Positions 19,751-31,200 of a DNA stretch of 64,000 nt are shown piece after piece. The DNA comes from an uncultured delta proteobacterium. GTDB taxonomy: Bacteria > Myxococcota_A > Polyangia > Palsa-1104. Where the stretch lies: the NCBI GenBank assembly GCA_963785725.1, contig CAWAWS010000003.1, positions 352,001 to 416,000 on the forward strand, written 5' to 3'. A program made the translations under genes and the position numbers. The stretch's first letter is position 1, and each line of letters begins with the position of its first letter. The notes below the pieces were generated by a model. That model worked only from the letters and a program-made list of their open reading frames with translations, searched no databases and was not told the DNA's origin.

Positions 19751-20452
19751 TCACACGGCGTCGTGAAAGATGATTCCGAGCGTGTGGCGGCTTCCCTCGC
19801 GAATCTTGCTCACGCCGTGCCGCAAGGTCACCCGATATTCGCCGCGAGCGCCGAGCTGCGGCCGACTATTGACGGCAAACACCACCGCATCGCCTTTGCC
19901 GAGCGGCACGACCGCCGCGCGCGACTGCATGCGTGGCCGCTGTTCGGTCAGGACCAGCTCGCCGCCACGAAATGCGCGCCCCGGTTCCGACAACAGCGTC
20001 GCCACTTGCAAGGGAAACACTTGCTCCCCGTAAAGATCTTGATGCAATCGATTGTAGTCGCCGGGGCCATATTTGAGCAGCAGCGGCGTCGGTCGCGTCT
20101 GCCCCGCTGCGTGGCACCGTTCGATGAACGCCGCGTGCGTCGCTGGGAATCGGCTCTCCAATCGCAGTCGCTCATGCCAGCGATTGGCGATGGGCGCCAG
20201 ATAGGGATAGAGCCCGGTGCGCAGGGTTTCGACCAACGGCGGTAACGGATAAGCGAAGTAACGATATTCGCCCTGGCCGAATCCATGCCGCGCCATCACG
20301 ACGCGGCTGCGGAATCCATCATTGGCGCTCGTATAGGACGCGGCGACGGCGTCGCACTCCGGCGCAGTCAGCAGCTGCGGAATGACGGCCCATCCTTCGC
20401 TATCCAATTCGTCGGATAGGCGCGCCCAATCGATCTGGCTCGCCGGCGTCAC
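19751..20452 (-). CDS. 2OG-Fe(II) oxygenase (DUF2086-type)
   Basis: [42 protein letters not shown] start overlaps the ada stop. Confidence 0.9.
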   Translation of the reverse strand: MTPASQIDWARLSDELDSEGWAVIPQLLTAPECDAVAASYTSANDGFRSRVVMARHGFGQGEYRYFAYPLPPLVETLRTGLYPYLAPIANRWHERLRLESRFPATHAAFIERCHAAGQTRPTPLLLKYGPGDYNRLHQDLYGEQVFPLQVATLLSEPGRAFRGGELVLTEQRPRMQSRAAVVPLGKGDAVVFAVNSRPQLGARGEYRVTLRHGVSKIREGSRHTLGIIFHDAV

Positions 20453-21533
20453 GACGCAGTCTCCGCCTGCAAGAGCCGGCGCTTGCGCTCGACGCCCCAG
20501 GCATATCCGGAGAGCGAGCCGTCCTGGCGCACCACGCGGTGGCACGGGATCGCCACTGCCAAATGATTGGCCGCGCAGGCGCCGGCGACGGCCCGCGCTG
20601 ACTTGGGCGCGCCGATCCGCTCGGCAAGCTCGACGATAAGTCACCGTCCGGCCGGCCGGGATCTTGCGCAGCACTTGCCACACGCGCCGTTGAAACGCGG
20701 TCCCGCGCACGTCGAGCGGCAGATTGCAGCCGAGCCCCGGCGCGCTCGACGAAGCTCACGACTTTGGCGACCAAGCTCTCGTAAGCGCGGTCGGCGCCAA
20801 TCAATCGCGCCTTGGGGAAGCGATCTTGAAGGTCGTGCACCAATGCCTCCGGATCGTCACCCATTAAGATCGCGGCGACGCCCTTCCGGCTCGACGCGAC
20901 CAGGATCGCGCCCAGCTGCGACTGCGCCACCGCAAACCGCAGCTCCTCGTTCGTGCCGCCCGCGCGATAAGCGGTCGGCGTCATCCCGAGCATGGCCGCG
21001 GCCTTCTCGTAGAAACGGCCGCTCGAATTGAAACCAGATCCATAAATCGCGTCAGTCACGGTATTGCCTTTCTGCAGCTGCGCTCGAGCGCGCGTGTCTC
21101 GATGCGCCGCTGCGTAGTCTTTGGGCGTCAGGCCCGTCGCTGCTTTGAACAGCCGATGAAAGTGACTCGTGCTCAGCCCAACCGAGCGCGCCAGCTCCAC
21201 CAACGTCGGCGGCTCCTCGCTCTGCTCGATGTGGCGACAGGCTTTGACCACCGTCTCCGCGTTCTCCTCGCCGAGCGACGGACCATCCGGTCGACAGCGC
21301 TTGCAGGGCCTGAAACCGGTCGCCTGCGCAGCCTTCAGCGTGTCGTGCAGGCGCACGTTCTTCGGATTGGCGCCGCGCGAGGCGCACGATGGTCGGCAAT
21401 AGACGCGCGTGGTCGCCACGCTGTACCAAAACGCGCCGTCCGCCGTGCGGTCGCGGGCGACGACGCGCGCCCAGCGCGGATCGCGCGCGATCGCCGCTGC
21501 GCGCTCGGCACTCTTCGATTTCGGCTTGCTCAC
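20449..21533 (-). CDS. ada: bifunctional Ada regulator / O6-methylguanine-DNA methyltransferase; two +1 frameshifts (~20745, ~20635)
   Basis: YCRPSC..RPCKRC Zn site and Ara[13 protein letters not shown] and PCHRV lie in two other frames. Confidence 0.9.
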
Positions 21534-21564
21534 GACCCCTCCTCGCCGCTGGTCTGTCGTCACT

Positions 21565-21611
21565 ATGATAGCGGCGACCGCCACCAGCACTCCGAGTCTT
21601 GCTTTCAAATC
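21565..21611 (-). promoter_or_regulatory. Ada box and -10 of ada promoter
   Basis: Minus strand GAT-TTGAAA-GCAAG (cf. AAT-N6-GCAA) and TATCAT upstream of the GAGGAGG SD. Confidence 0.5.
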
Positions 21612-21981
21612 CAGGCCAGATTCGCGCCGAGCGCTATGCCAAAATGACGATATTCGGGCTCGAACGCTGCGATGGGCGCGGATGAAGCGGCGCCGTCGAT
21701 GGGCGGCGAAGCGGGTCGCCGGAGGCGCCTTCGCCTCGTCAGATGCCCACGCTCAGCGACGACCCCGCGGGCGCGAAGCTGGATTTGGCGACGACTGTCA
21801 CTCCGCCGGCGGTTCATGGCCGCCGTCATTCGTCGAATTCCATTCGGCGCCCGTCGCCCACGACGGGCCGGTGCAGCTCGGGCCCGCGTGTTCGAGGGTG
21901 GCGAAACGGGCGCCGGCGTCGCCGCTGCTTATAGCCACTGGAATAACCATTATCGATTTTGATTAGTCGAGGAGATTTGCA

Positions 21982-22611
21982 ATGGAAATGAATCGATTGA
22001 GCCACCAAGACCAAATGAAGGCGCAGCTCGCGGACTGGCGCAAGCGGCTCGACGTGCTCGAGGGCAGTGCCGCGAAAGCGGAGGCGGGCGCGAAGAGCGA
22101 GCTCGATATGCTGGCCCACGAGCTCCGCGAGCTCGAGACGTCGGCGAAGAAGCTCTACGACGAGCTCTCGACCGCGTCGGCGGATACCTGGAGCTCGCTG
22201 AAGACGACTTTGGACGGCACGTGGGCTCGAGTCAGCAATTCGGTCGATTCGACCTGGGGGCGCTGGCTCGCTCGCCAAGAGCCGGTCAAGCGCGAGCACA
22301 AGAAGCAGCTACACGATCGTGTCGAAGAGCGGCGCCGGCAGCTGACGGCGACGCTGCTCGGCTTGCAACTCGATCCGCAGAGCGCCAAGAGCGAGCGCGC
22401 GAGCGCCATCGAGGGCGCGCTCGCGGCACTGCAGACGCATGTGAGCGGCGGTTGGGACGTCGTCGACGAGTCGGAATCGGCGGCGCTCGTGCGCTGGCTC
22501 GACTCCTCCAAGTTTCTCTTCGATAGCAATGCGACGAGCGGCGAAGTCGCGCCGCCGGCCGCTGTTCCGAGCCCGGCCGTCGTCGAAAACAAGACCACTA
22601 CTGCACCGTAA
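21982..22611 (+). CDS. hypothetical coiled-coil protein
   Basis: GAGGAG SD; MKAQLADW...L..A...W..LK coiled-coil stress-protein-like N-terminus. Confidence 0.75.
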   Translation: MEMNRLSHQDQMKAQLADWRKRLDVLEGSAAKAEAGAKSELDMLAHELRELETSAKKLYDELSTASADTWSSLKTTLDGTWARVSNSVDSTWGRWLARQEPVKREHKKQLHDRVEERRRQLTATLLGLQLDPQSAKSERASAIEGALAALQTHVSGGWDVVDESESAALVRWLDSSKFLFDSNATSGEVAPPAAVPSPAVVENKTTTAP

Positions 22612-22634
22612 GCTCGAGCCAAGGAGAACCGACA

Positions 22635-22826
22635 ATGGGCGAGGTTATCGATAAGATCAAAGGCAAGGCGAAGCAGGTCGAGGGCATCATCACCGGCGAC
22701 AAGGCGCGCCAGCACGAGGGTGAGCTCGACGAGGCGAAGGGCAATGTAAAGGGCGTCGTCAATCAGGTCGAAGGCGTGGTCACCGCCGCCGTCGATGTCG
22801 TCAAGCACGTCGTGAAGAAGATTTGA
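22635..22826 (+). CDS. CsbD-family general stress protein
   Basis: DKIKGKAKQVEG.ITGD....EG..D..KG; AAGGAG SD. Confidence 0.85.
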   Translation: MGEVIDKIKGKAKQVEGIITGDKARQHEGELDEAKGNVKGVVNQVEGVVTAAVDVVKHVVKKI

Positions 22827-23194
22827 CGATTAGATCGAAGAGGCCGGGAAGTAGCCTGCGCGCCGCCGGCCCCGCTTTCGTCGTTACCAATGATTGGTGC
22901 GGCAATATGCCGCATCATTATAAGACCATGTTAGACCGGCAATTGATCGGCGATCGAGAGTGGCGAATCCGGTTTGTGTCGATTGTTCGGCTTATTCTCG
23001 ATCGCGCTCTTGTGGCTCTCGGATTCATTGCTAGGTTGTGCGGGCCCGCCAGACTCCATCCCGCTTCATAGCAGCGAACAAGCTCTCCTGACTCTTTCGC
23101 AGGCTCGCGGTCGGTCGACATCCTCCGGCGATGTCGATCGGTCTGACCGTCCGCCGCAGTCTTCAATGGTTCACTTGATGGAGGCAGTAAACAC

Positions 23195-23554
23195 ATGAAA
23201 CGATTTGCTTCACCGTTATTGGGTATCGGATTTTTGGTCATCACGAGCGGCTGCGCGGCGGGCGTCTCCAACGAGAAGGTCGCGGCCACGGACTCGTCGA
23301 TTCGCGCCGCCGAGGAGGTGGGCGCGCCCAGGGTGCCGCAGGCGTCGCTGCATCTGCAGCTGGCGAAAGAAGAGAACGGGCAGGCGCAGCAGCTCATGAA
23401 GGACGGGGACACGAAGCGCGCCGAGGGGCAGCTGATGCGCGCGCAGGCCGACGCCGAGCTGGCGGTCGCGCTGGCGCGTGAGGCGCCCATGCAGGTCGAG
23501 GCGCAGCACGAGGCAGACAAGGCGCACGCGCTTCAGCAGCAGTCCAATCACTAA
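23195..23554 (+). CDS. DUF4398 lipoprotein
   Basis: Lipobox TSGC; IRAAEEVGA..RAQADAELA. Confidence 0.85.
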   Translation: MKRFASPLLGIGFLVITSGCAAGVSNEKVAATDSSIRAAEEVGAPRVPQASLHLQLAKEENGQAQQLMKDGDTKRAEGQLMRAQADAELAVALAREAPMQVEAQHEADKAHALQQQSNH

Positions 23555-23574
23555 ATTTTCTTCAAGGAGCCTTC

Positions 23575-24483
23575 ATGCAACGCTTCGTTCGAACGTTTTC
23601 GGGAACCATCGCGATCAGTCTCTTGTCCGTCGCCGGCTGTGCGGCGGTCGTTCCTTCCGAGCTGGCCGATGCGCGCAGCGCGTACCAGCATGCCAGCGCC
23701 GGCCGCGCGGCCGACCTCAGCCCCGCCGAGCTGCACACGGCCAAAGAGGCGCTGGCCAAGGCCGAGGCGTCGTGGGCGAACGATCCCAAGTCGGCGCAGA
23801 CGCGCGACCTCTCTTATGTCGCGCAGCGCAAGGCGCAGCTCGCCGAGGCGATCGCGGGCATGGCGCTGGCCGATCACGACAAGTCGGCGGCCGATCAGTC
23901 GATCAACCGCTCGGAGCACGCGATCGCTCGGCGTACGCAGGGCGAGCTGAACCAGACGCGCGAGCAGCTGGCCGCGTCGCAGCAGAACGCGGCGCAAGAG
24001 CAGCAGGCGCTCGGCAGCGAGCATCAGGCGCGCCTCGACGCCGATCAGCGCAGCCTCGATGCCGACGCGCGCGCCAAGGCGTCGCAGGACGCGCTGGCCA
24101 AGCTGGCCGCGGTCAAGGAAGACGCTCGCGGCATGGTCATCACCTTGAGCGGCAGCGTGCTATTCCCGTCGGATCAGTCGACGCTGCTGCCGGACGCGCA
24201 GAATCGCCTGAATCAGGTGGCGGACGCGCTCATGACGACGAAGGAGCGCAACATCATCGTCGAGGGCCACACCGATTCGCGCGGCTCGGAGAGTCACAAC
24301 CTGGATCTGTCGCAGCGACGGGCCGACTCGGTGCGCAGCTATCTCGTGGCGCGTGGTTACGAGCCCGATCGGATGCAGGCGCACGGCATTGGCAAGGGTC
24401 GCCCGACGACGTCGAACGACACCGCCGAGGGGCGCGCGAATAATCGCCGCGTCGAAATCATCGTTCAACCGGCTACGAAGTAA
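23575..24483 (+). CDS. OmpA-family peptidoglycan-binding lipoprotein with N-terminal DUF4398
   Basis: EGHTD, NLDLSQRRA, NRRVEI; lipobox VAGC. Confidence 0.95.
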   Translation: MQRFVRTFSGTIAISLLSVAGCAAVVPSELADARSAYQHASAGRAADLSPAELHTAKEALAKAEASWANDPKSAQTRDLSYVAQRKAQLAEAIAGMALADHDKSAADQSINRSEHAIARRTQGELNQTREQLAASQQNAAQEQQALGSEHQARLDADQRSLDADARAKASQDALAKLAAVKEDARGMVITLSGSVLFPSDQSTLLPDAQNRLNQVADALMTTKERNIIVEGHTDSRGSESHNLDLSQRRADSVRSYLVARGYEPDRMQAHGIGKGRPTTSNDTAEGRANNRRVEIIVQPATK

Positions 24484-24509
24484 CACCACACCTAAGGAGA
24501 CTATAAGAA

Positions 24510-24713
24510 ATGACAAAGCTCGCACTGACACTCACCGCGCTCGGCCTGCTCTCGTACGGCGTGGCCTTTGCCGACGAGACGACCGAGAAGACCGAGACCC
24601 ACGACACCGACGGCAAGACCACGACGCGGACGCGGAAGGTCAAGCACAAGGCCGACGGCAAGGGCAACTCGTCGGTCAAGACCGAGACGACCGAGAAGAC
24701 CGAAGTCAAATAG
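24510..24713 (+). CDS. small secreted Thr/Lys/Glu-rich protein
   Basis: AAGGAG SD, signal peptide ending AFA. Confidence 0.75.
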   Translation: MTKLALTLTALGLLSYGVAFADETTEKTETHDTDGKTTTRTRKVKHKADGKGNSSVKTETTEKTEVK

Positions 24714-24733
24714 CTCCGTACGGTTTGGCAGAG

Positions 24734-24766
24734 AGCCCCGTCGCGCTGTCGCGGCGGGGCTTTTTT
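24734..24766 (+). terminator. intrinsic terminator
   Basis: agccccgtcgcg-ctgt-cgcggcggggct followed by a T-tract. Confidence 0.85.
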
Positions 24767-24857
24767 CGTCTGCGGGCGGGCGCGGCATGACACTGTCGCG
24801 AACACCTCACGAGGCCGTCACGCCGAGGCGCAGGTGTCGTGTGCTAAACAGTCGGCC

Positions 24858-26099
24858 ATGCGCTGGCTACCCTTTTGCTTCGTGCTCGTCGCGTGCGGGC
24901 CGCAGCAGCGGTCGTCCGGCCCTGCCACCGACGCCGGCGCGACGCCCGACCCGGCGCGCGACTTGAGCGGCGCGCTGTCGAACGACGCGGCCGACGCCGC
25001 GGCCGATCTCCACGAGGCGCAGCTCGATCCCGATGCCGCGTGCGCGAGCGTCGAGCAGGACGCCGTGCCGACCTATCTGCCGCTCGACATCATCTGGATC
25101 ATCGACAACTCGTCGAGCATGGCGCCGGCGATCGACGAGGTGCGCGACGGCATGAACGCCTTCGCGTCGCTCATCGGCGGCGCGATGGGGCTCGACTACC
25201 GCATCGTCATGCTGTCGCTGCGCGGCGCGACCAGTCCCGTGCAGGTCAACGGCAGCAACCGCTACCCGATCTGCATTCCGCCACCGCTCGCCGGCGGCAC
25301 CGCCTGCGAGAACGGCCCGCGCTTCTTCCACTCCAGCATCGACATCAAGAGCACGGAGACGCTCGAGCAGGTCCTCGGCACGCTCGCGCAGACGTCGGGC
25401 TACACGCCGGGCGCCGACCGCGGCGGCGAGCCCTGGCAGAGCTTCCTGCGCGCCGGCTCGTCCAAGACGTTCGTCGTCGTCACCGACGACAATGCGCGGA
25501 TCTCGGCGACCCAGTTCGAGACGTTTGCCGGCGGCAAAGATCCCTACAACAGCACGACGCTGCCCCCCGGCATCCTCGACCCGAGCTGGAACGGGCTCTT
25601 CGCGCAGTACACGTTCAGCGGCATCTACGGCTGGGGCGTCGCCACCGATCCCTCGGCCATGTGTCAGTACGCCGACGGCACCTGGCCGGCGAGCGCGGGC
25701 GTCACCTACAGCACGCTCGTCCAACAAACGAACGGCGTGCGCGCGCAGATCTGCGGCGACGCGTCGACGTGGTCCAGCTTCTTCACGCAAGTCGCCACGG
25801 CGGTGGCAAAGGGCGCGAAGCTGTCGTGCACGATGGCGCTGCCGCTGCCGCCGGGCGGTCAGCAGCTGGACCCGTCGAAGGTGAATGTCTCGGTCGTGCC
25901 CGAGAACGGCGCCGCGACCGCGCTCGGCAAGGTCAGCGACGCCGCCGCCTGCGGCAGCGCCGGCGGCTGGTACTACGACGACGACAGCAGCCCGACTGAG
26001 GTCATTCTGTGCCCGTCGACGTGCGCCACGGCGCAGACCGCGCTGTCGTCGGGCGGCCGCGTGAGCATCGCGTTCGGCTGCGCCACCATCATCATCTGA
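24858..26099 (+). CDS. myxobacterial vWA-domain lipoprotein
   Basis: Lipobox LVAC; MIDAS DNSSSM and VVTDD; Cys-rich KVNV..GWYYDD..LCP.TC tail. Confidence 0.85.
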   Translation: MRWLPFCFVLVACGPQQRSSGPATDAGATPDPARDLSGALSNDAADAAADLHEAQLDPDAACASVEQDAVPTYLPLDIIWIIDNSSSMAPAIDEVRDGMNAFASLIGGAMGLDYRIVMLSLRGATSPVQVNGSNRYPICIPPPLAGGTACENGPRFFHSSIDIKSTETLEQVLGTLAQTSGYTPGADRGGEPWQSFLRAGSSKTFVVVTDDNARISATQFETFAGGKDPYNSTTLPPGILDPSWNGLFAQYTFSGIYGWGVATDPSAMCQYADGTWPASAGVTYSTLVQQTNGVRAQICGDASTWSSFFTQVATAVAKGAKLSCTMALPLPPGGQQLDPSKVNVSVVPENGAATALGKVSDAAACGSAGGWYYDDDSSPTEVILCPSTCATAQTALSSGGRVSIAFGCATIII

Positions 26100-26106
26100 C
26101 GCGCGC

Positions 26107-27045
26107 TCACGCCGCCGCTCGCCGCCGATAATGGCCGGGGCGGCAGCGGACGATCCGCGTGAACGCGACGCTGAAGGCGCTCTCCGACTCGTAGCCGACG
26201 GCGCTGGCCACTTCGGTGATGCGCCGGTCCTCCCGCAGCAGCTCGCAGGCGATCTGCATGCGCCACTGCGTCAGGTACTCCATCGGCGTGACGCCGATCC
26301 ATTTCTTGAAGCTGAGCGCGAAGCCCGCGCGCGAGAGCCCCGCCGTCTTGGCCAGCTCGTCGAGCGACCAGCTGCGCGCGTGATCCGACTGCATCGCGGT
26401 CAGCGCCTTGGATAGCCGCGGCTCCGAGAGCGCGACGAACCAGTTCTTCTCGCGCCCCGCCGACGCCAGATAGCTGCGCAGCGTCTGCAGCAGCATGATG
26501 GGCGCCAGGTGGTTCAACATGAGCGCGCGCCCCGCCTGCCGGTTGCGCACCTCGGCGCCGAAGCGCTCGACGCCCCAGCGCAGCACCGCCGCCTGCTCCG
26601 CCTGCGCCGGGATGTAGATCACCGACGGCAAGCGTCCGAAGACGATCTGCTGGAAATGACCGTCCAGCTGGAAGCCGGAGCCGACCGAAAGGAAGTCGCC
26701 CCCGCCGTTGCAGACCACGCTGACCACGCCGTCTTGCGCCTTCCACTGCAGCCGGTGCGCCTGCAGCCGGCGCTTGACCGACAGATCCGCGGCAATCACG
26801 TGGCGCTTCTTGTGCGGCAAGAGGACGCAGTCGCCGGCTCGCAAGTGGTACGTCGCGGTGTCGCCTTCGACGGCCAGCCAGCACTCACCGGTCAGGACGA
26901 CCTGCAGCCGCAGGATGTCGATGGCGGGGAACTCGATCGCCCAGCGGCCGCCGGCGTCGAGCGTCGCGGCGGTGAGCGCCTTCAGCTTCATCTTCGCGAG
27001 CGTCGCCGAGAGGACGTCGTTGCTGTCCGAGGCGCTCGTCAACAT
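26107..27045 (-). CDS. AraC-family regulator with cupin domain
   Basis: WSLDELAKTAGLSRAGFA..WRM..VGYESESAFS. Confidence 0.95.
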   Translation of the reverse strand: MLTSASDSNDVLSATLAKMKLKALTAATLDAGGRWAIEFPAIDILRLQVVLTGECWLAVEGDTATYHLRAGDCVLLPHKKRHVIAADLSVKRRLQAHRLQWKAQDGVVSVVCNGGGDFLSVGSGFQLDGHFQQIVFGRLPSVIYIPAQAEQAAVLRWGVERFGAEVRNRQAGRALMLNHLAPIMLLQTLRSYLASAGREKNWFVALSEPRLSKALTAMQSDHARSWSLDELAKTAGLSRAGFALSFKKWIGVTPMEYLTQWRMQIACELLREDRRITEVASAVGYESESAFSVAFTRIVRCRPGHYRRRAAA

Positions 27046-27138
27046 GCACTAGACTATGCAGCATGAAATTTCGACGCACAAGCATGGTCAGTCCACTTCG
27101 ACAGCGCAATGATGGACGCATCAACAGGAGGCATCACC

Positions 27139-28038
27139 ATGCGAATCTTCGTCACCGGCGCCACCGGCTTCATCGGCAGCGCCACCGTTCGTGAGCTGTC
27201 GAACGCGGGGCATCAGGTCTTCGGGCTCGTCCGCTCCGACGCCAACGCCGACGCGCTCGCGGCGATGGGCGCGACCGTCGTGCGCGGCGCGCTCGAGGAC
27301 CTCGACGCTCTCCGCCGCGGCGCCGCGGCCGCCGACGGCGTCATTCACACCGCGTTCATCCACGACTTCGCCAACTTCGCTCACTCCTGCGCGGTCGATC
27401 AGCGCGCGATCGCGACGATCGGCGACGTGCTCGCCGGCTCGAACCGGCCGTTCGTCATCACCAGCGGCACGCCGGCCGTGGCCGGCGGCAGCGCTACCGA
27501 GCACGACGCCTCGCCGCGCACCAACCCGGTCGCCGCGCTGCGTGCGCCCGCCGAAGATGTGACGCTGGCGCTGGCCGCGCGCGGCGTGCGCGCGTCGATC
27601 GTGCGCTTGCCGCGCTCGGTGCACGGCAGCGGCGAGCGCGGCTGGCGCGGCGGCTTCACCAGCGTGCTCGTCGACGTCGCGCGCGCCAAGGGCGTCTCGG
27701 CCTACATCGGCGACGGCGCCCAGCGCTGGCCGGCGGTGCACCGGCTGGACGCGGCGCGGCTGTACCGCCTCGCGGTCGAGCAGGCGCCCGCCGGCTCGCG
27801 GCTGCACGCCATCGGCGACGAGGGCATCGCCATGCGCGACCTCGCTTCGGCGATCGGTCGTCGCCTCGGTCTGCCGGTGGCGGCGAAGACGGGCGACGAG
27901 GCGGCGGCCCACTTCGGCTTCCTCAGCGTGATCGGCTCGATCGATCAGCCCGCCTCCAGCGCGCACACGCGCGAGCTGCTCGGGTGGAAGCCGCGCGAGC
28001 TCGGCCTGCTCGCGGACTTCGAGGCGCACTTCGATTGA
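27139..28038 (+). CDS. NAD-dependent epimerase/SDR oxidoreductase
   Basis: IFVTGATGFIG, VIHTAFIHDF, WPAVHRLDAA; AGGAGG SD. Confidence 0.95.
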   Translation: MRIFVTGATGFIGSATVRELSNAGHQVFGLVRSDANADALAAMGATVVRGALEDLDALRRGAAAADGVIHTAFIHDFANFAHSCAVDQRAIATIGDVLAGSNRPFVITSGTPAVAGGSATEHDASPRTNPVAALRAPAEDVTLALAARGVRASIVRLPRSVHGSGERGWRGGFTSVLVDVARAKGVSAYIGDGAQRWPAVHRLDAARLYRLAVEQAPAGSRLHAIGDEGIAMRDLASAIGRRLGLPVAAKTGDEAAAHFGFLSVIGSIDQPASSAHTRELLGWKPRELGLLADFEAHFD

Positions 28039-28235
28039 GCGACCGCGCCCGAGCCGTCGTCGGGCTGCGACCGGCATCACCGGCGCGGCGACGTCGTCGG
28101 GCCGGTCGACCTCGCGTCTTTCCGTAACGACTTCACGCGAAGGCTGGCGACGGCGCGGGCCCGGTGATGCCGGTCATAGCGCGGCGCGAACGTCCGCTGT
28201 TACGACATATGGGTCCCTTTAAGGAGAACCCAGGT

Positions 28236-31200
28236 ATGCGCCTTCGGTCGCTATTCTTGTCTTTGCTCTTCTCGGTATCGGCGGTCGGCTGCAGCGGCGG
28301 AAGCGGGAGCGTCGACGCCAACCCGCCGCCGCAATCTTCGGCGAAGACGCTCACCGCCTTCTCGTTCGCCAAGCCCGCCGCGACCGGCACCATCTCCGAG
28401 AGCGCCAAGACCATCGCCGTCAGCCTGCCCTTCGGCACCGACGTGACCCACCTCGTCGCCACCTTCGCCACCACCGGCGCCGCGGTCACCGTCGGCGCAC
28501 AAGCGCAAGCGAGCGGCGCCACCGCCAACGACTTCACCCATCCGGTCGTCTACACCGTCACCGCCGCCGACAAGAGCACCGCGAGCTACACCGTCACCGT
28601 CACCGTCGCGACGAGCACGGCCAAGGAGCTCACCTCGTTCTTCTTCCTCAGCCCGGTGGCGACCGGCATGATCGACAAGACGGCGCTCGCAGTCGACGTC
28701 TCGGTCCCGTTCGGCACCGACCCGACCAAGCTCGTGGCCGGCTTCACCACCACCGGCGTCGGCGTCAGCGTCGGCGGCGTCGCGCAGGTCAGCGGCACGA
28801 CGCCGAACGACTTCACGCAGCCGGTCATCTACACCGTCAACGCCGCGGACGGCTCGTCCGTCGCTTACACGGTCACCGTCACCGTCGCCAAGAACACGGC
28901 CAAGGCGATCACCGCCTTCGCGCTCGCCGGCAAGTCCGGCAGCAATGACGGCGTCATCGACGAGGGCAAGAAGACCATCGCCGTCGGCTTCCCCTTCGGC
29001 AGCGACGTCACCGGCTTGGTCGCCACGTTCGCCACCACCGGCAGCAGCGTCAAGGTGAGCGGCGTCGAGCAGGTCAGCGGCACGACGGTGAACGACTTCA
29101 CGCAGCCGCTCGTCTACACCGTCACCGCCGCCGACGGCTCGTCGGTCGATTACACCGTCACCGTCACCGTCGCGCTCAGCTCCGCCAAGGCGCTCACGGC
29201 GTTCGCGCTCGCCAGCGGGACGGTCAAGAGCACCGGCACGATCGACGAGGTCAACAAGACCATCGCGCTGAATTTCCCCTTCGGCACCAGCGTGACCGCG
29301 CTCGTCGCCACCTTCGCCACCACCGGCGTCAGCGTCAAAGTGTTCGGCGTCGAGCAGGTCAGCGGGACGACGACGAACAACTTCACCCTGCCGGTCGTCT
29401 ACACCGTCACCGCCGCCGACGGCTCGTCCGCCGGCTACACCGTCAAGGTCACGGTCGCGCCCAGCTCGGCCAAGGCGATCACCGCCTTCTCGCTGGCGGG
29501 CAGCGTCGGCACCATCGACGAGCCCAACAAAGCCATCGCCGTCAGCGTTCCCTTCGCCACCGACGTGACCACGCTCATCGCCACCTTCTCCACGACCGGC
29601 GCCGCGGTCGCGGTCGGTCAGACGACGCAAGTGAGCGGCAAGACGGCCAATGACTTCACCAATCCGGTCGTCTACACCGTCACCGCCGCCGACGGCTCGT
29701 CCGCCGCTTACACCGTCACGGTCACCGTCGCCAAGAACACGGCCAAGGCGATCACGGCCTTCTCGCTCGCCACCGGCGCCGTCACCAGCGTCGGCACGAT
29801 CAACGAGGGCAACAAGACCATCGTCGTCAATCCGCCCTTCGGCACCGACGTGACGGCGCTCGTCGCCACGTTTACGACCACCGGCGTCGCGGTCAAGGTC
29901 GGCGCCGTCGTCGAGGTCAGCGGCACGACGGCCAACAACTTCACCCAGCCGGTCGTCTACACCGTCACCGCCGCCGACGGCTCGTCGGTGAGCTACACCG
30001 TCACGGTCACCGACGGGAAGAATCCGGCCAAGGCGATCACCAGCTTCTCCCTCGCCGGCAACATCGGCACCATCGACGAGCCCGACAAGGCGATCGCCGT
30101 CAGCGTCCCGACCGGCACCGACGTGACGAAGCTCGTCGCCACCTTCACCACCACCGGCACCGGCGTCGCCGTCAACAAGGTCCAGCAGGCGAGCGGCACG
30201 ACGGTCAACAACTTCACCCAGCCCGTCATCTACACGGTCAGCGCCGCCGACGGCTCGTCGGTCAACTACACCGTCACCGTCTCCGTCGTCAAAAGCACGC
30301 AGAAGGCCATCACCGCCTTCGCGCTCGCGCTCGGCTACGTCAAGAGCGCCGGCGTCATCGACGAAGCCAACAAGGCGATCGCCGTCAGCTTCCCCGCCGA
30401 CATCGCGCTCACCAACCTCGTCGCCACCTTCACGACCACCGGCGTCTCGGTCGCGATCGGCTCGGTCGTGCAGGTCACCGGCGTCGGCGGCCACGACTTC
30501 ACCAACCCAATCGTCTACACCGTCACCGCCGAGGACGGCTCCTCCGTCGCGTACACGGTGACCGTCACCAATCTGCCCGTCGTCACGCCCGGACCGACGC
30601 AGGCGCCGAGCTTCCGCATCGACGCCGCGCACACTGCCGGCCAGCCGGGCGAGACGCTGGCGCCGCCGCTCCAGCCGGCCTGGTCGTTCGACGCCGGCGA
30701 AGCGGTGAGCTACCCGCTCGTCGCCAACGGTCGCGTCTTCATCACCACGTCGAGCATGGTGACGGCGCTCGACACCACGACCGGCGCGGTCGTGTGGGGT
30801 CCCAATGCGCTCGGCGGCGGCCTCTTGCACGCGTACGACAGCGGCCGCCTGTTCGTGCTCACCAGCTCCGGCCTGCTGATGGCGCTCGATGCCACGAGCG
30901 GCGTGCAGCTGTGGAGCGCGAGCCTGCCCGGCCAGCTCGACTTCGGCTCGCCGCCGGTGGCCGCCGACGGCGTCGTCTACGTCAACGGCCTCGAGAGCGG
31001 CGGCACCACCTACGCCGTCGACGGCGCCACCGGCAACCTCTTGTGGACCGGCGGCACCTTCGACGGCAGCGACGGCGCGGTCGCGGTCGGCTATGGCGGC
31101 GTCTACGAGTCCGAAGCCTGCTCGCAGACGACGGCGTGGTGGGCGCACGACGGCAGCCAGCTGTGGCATTACTCGACGGGCTGCACCGGCGGCGGCGGCG

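Noticed and set aside
19751..20710. 319-aa ORF as a methyltransferase-oxygenase fusion
   Set aside because: Its N-terminal part is the middle segment of frameshifted ada; the oxygenase has its own GTG overlapping the ada stop.
20449..21533. Programmed frameshifting or true pseudogene status for ada (also maeA, LysR, esterase)
   Set aside because: No slippery sites or other decay; the uniform +1 insertions are better explained as sequencing errors, though this is unproven without reads.
22823..23198. Short ORFs between csbD and the DUF4398 gene
   Set aside because: No SD, poor codon bias, no motifs; more likely a promoter region.
28340..30570. ~280-bp repeats considered as DGR or shufflon cassettes
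   Set aside because: Diverged in-frame Ig-like domains; no reverse transcriptase, recombinase or adenine-specific variation seen.
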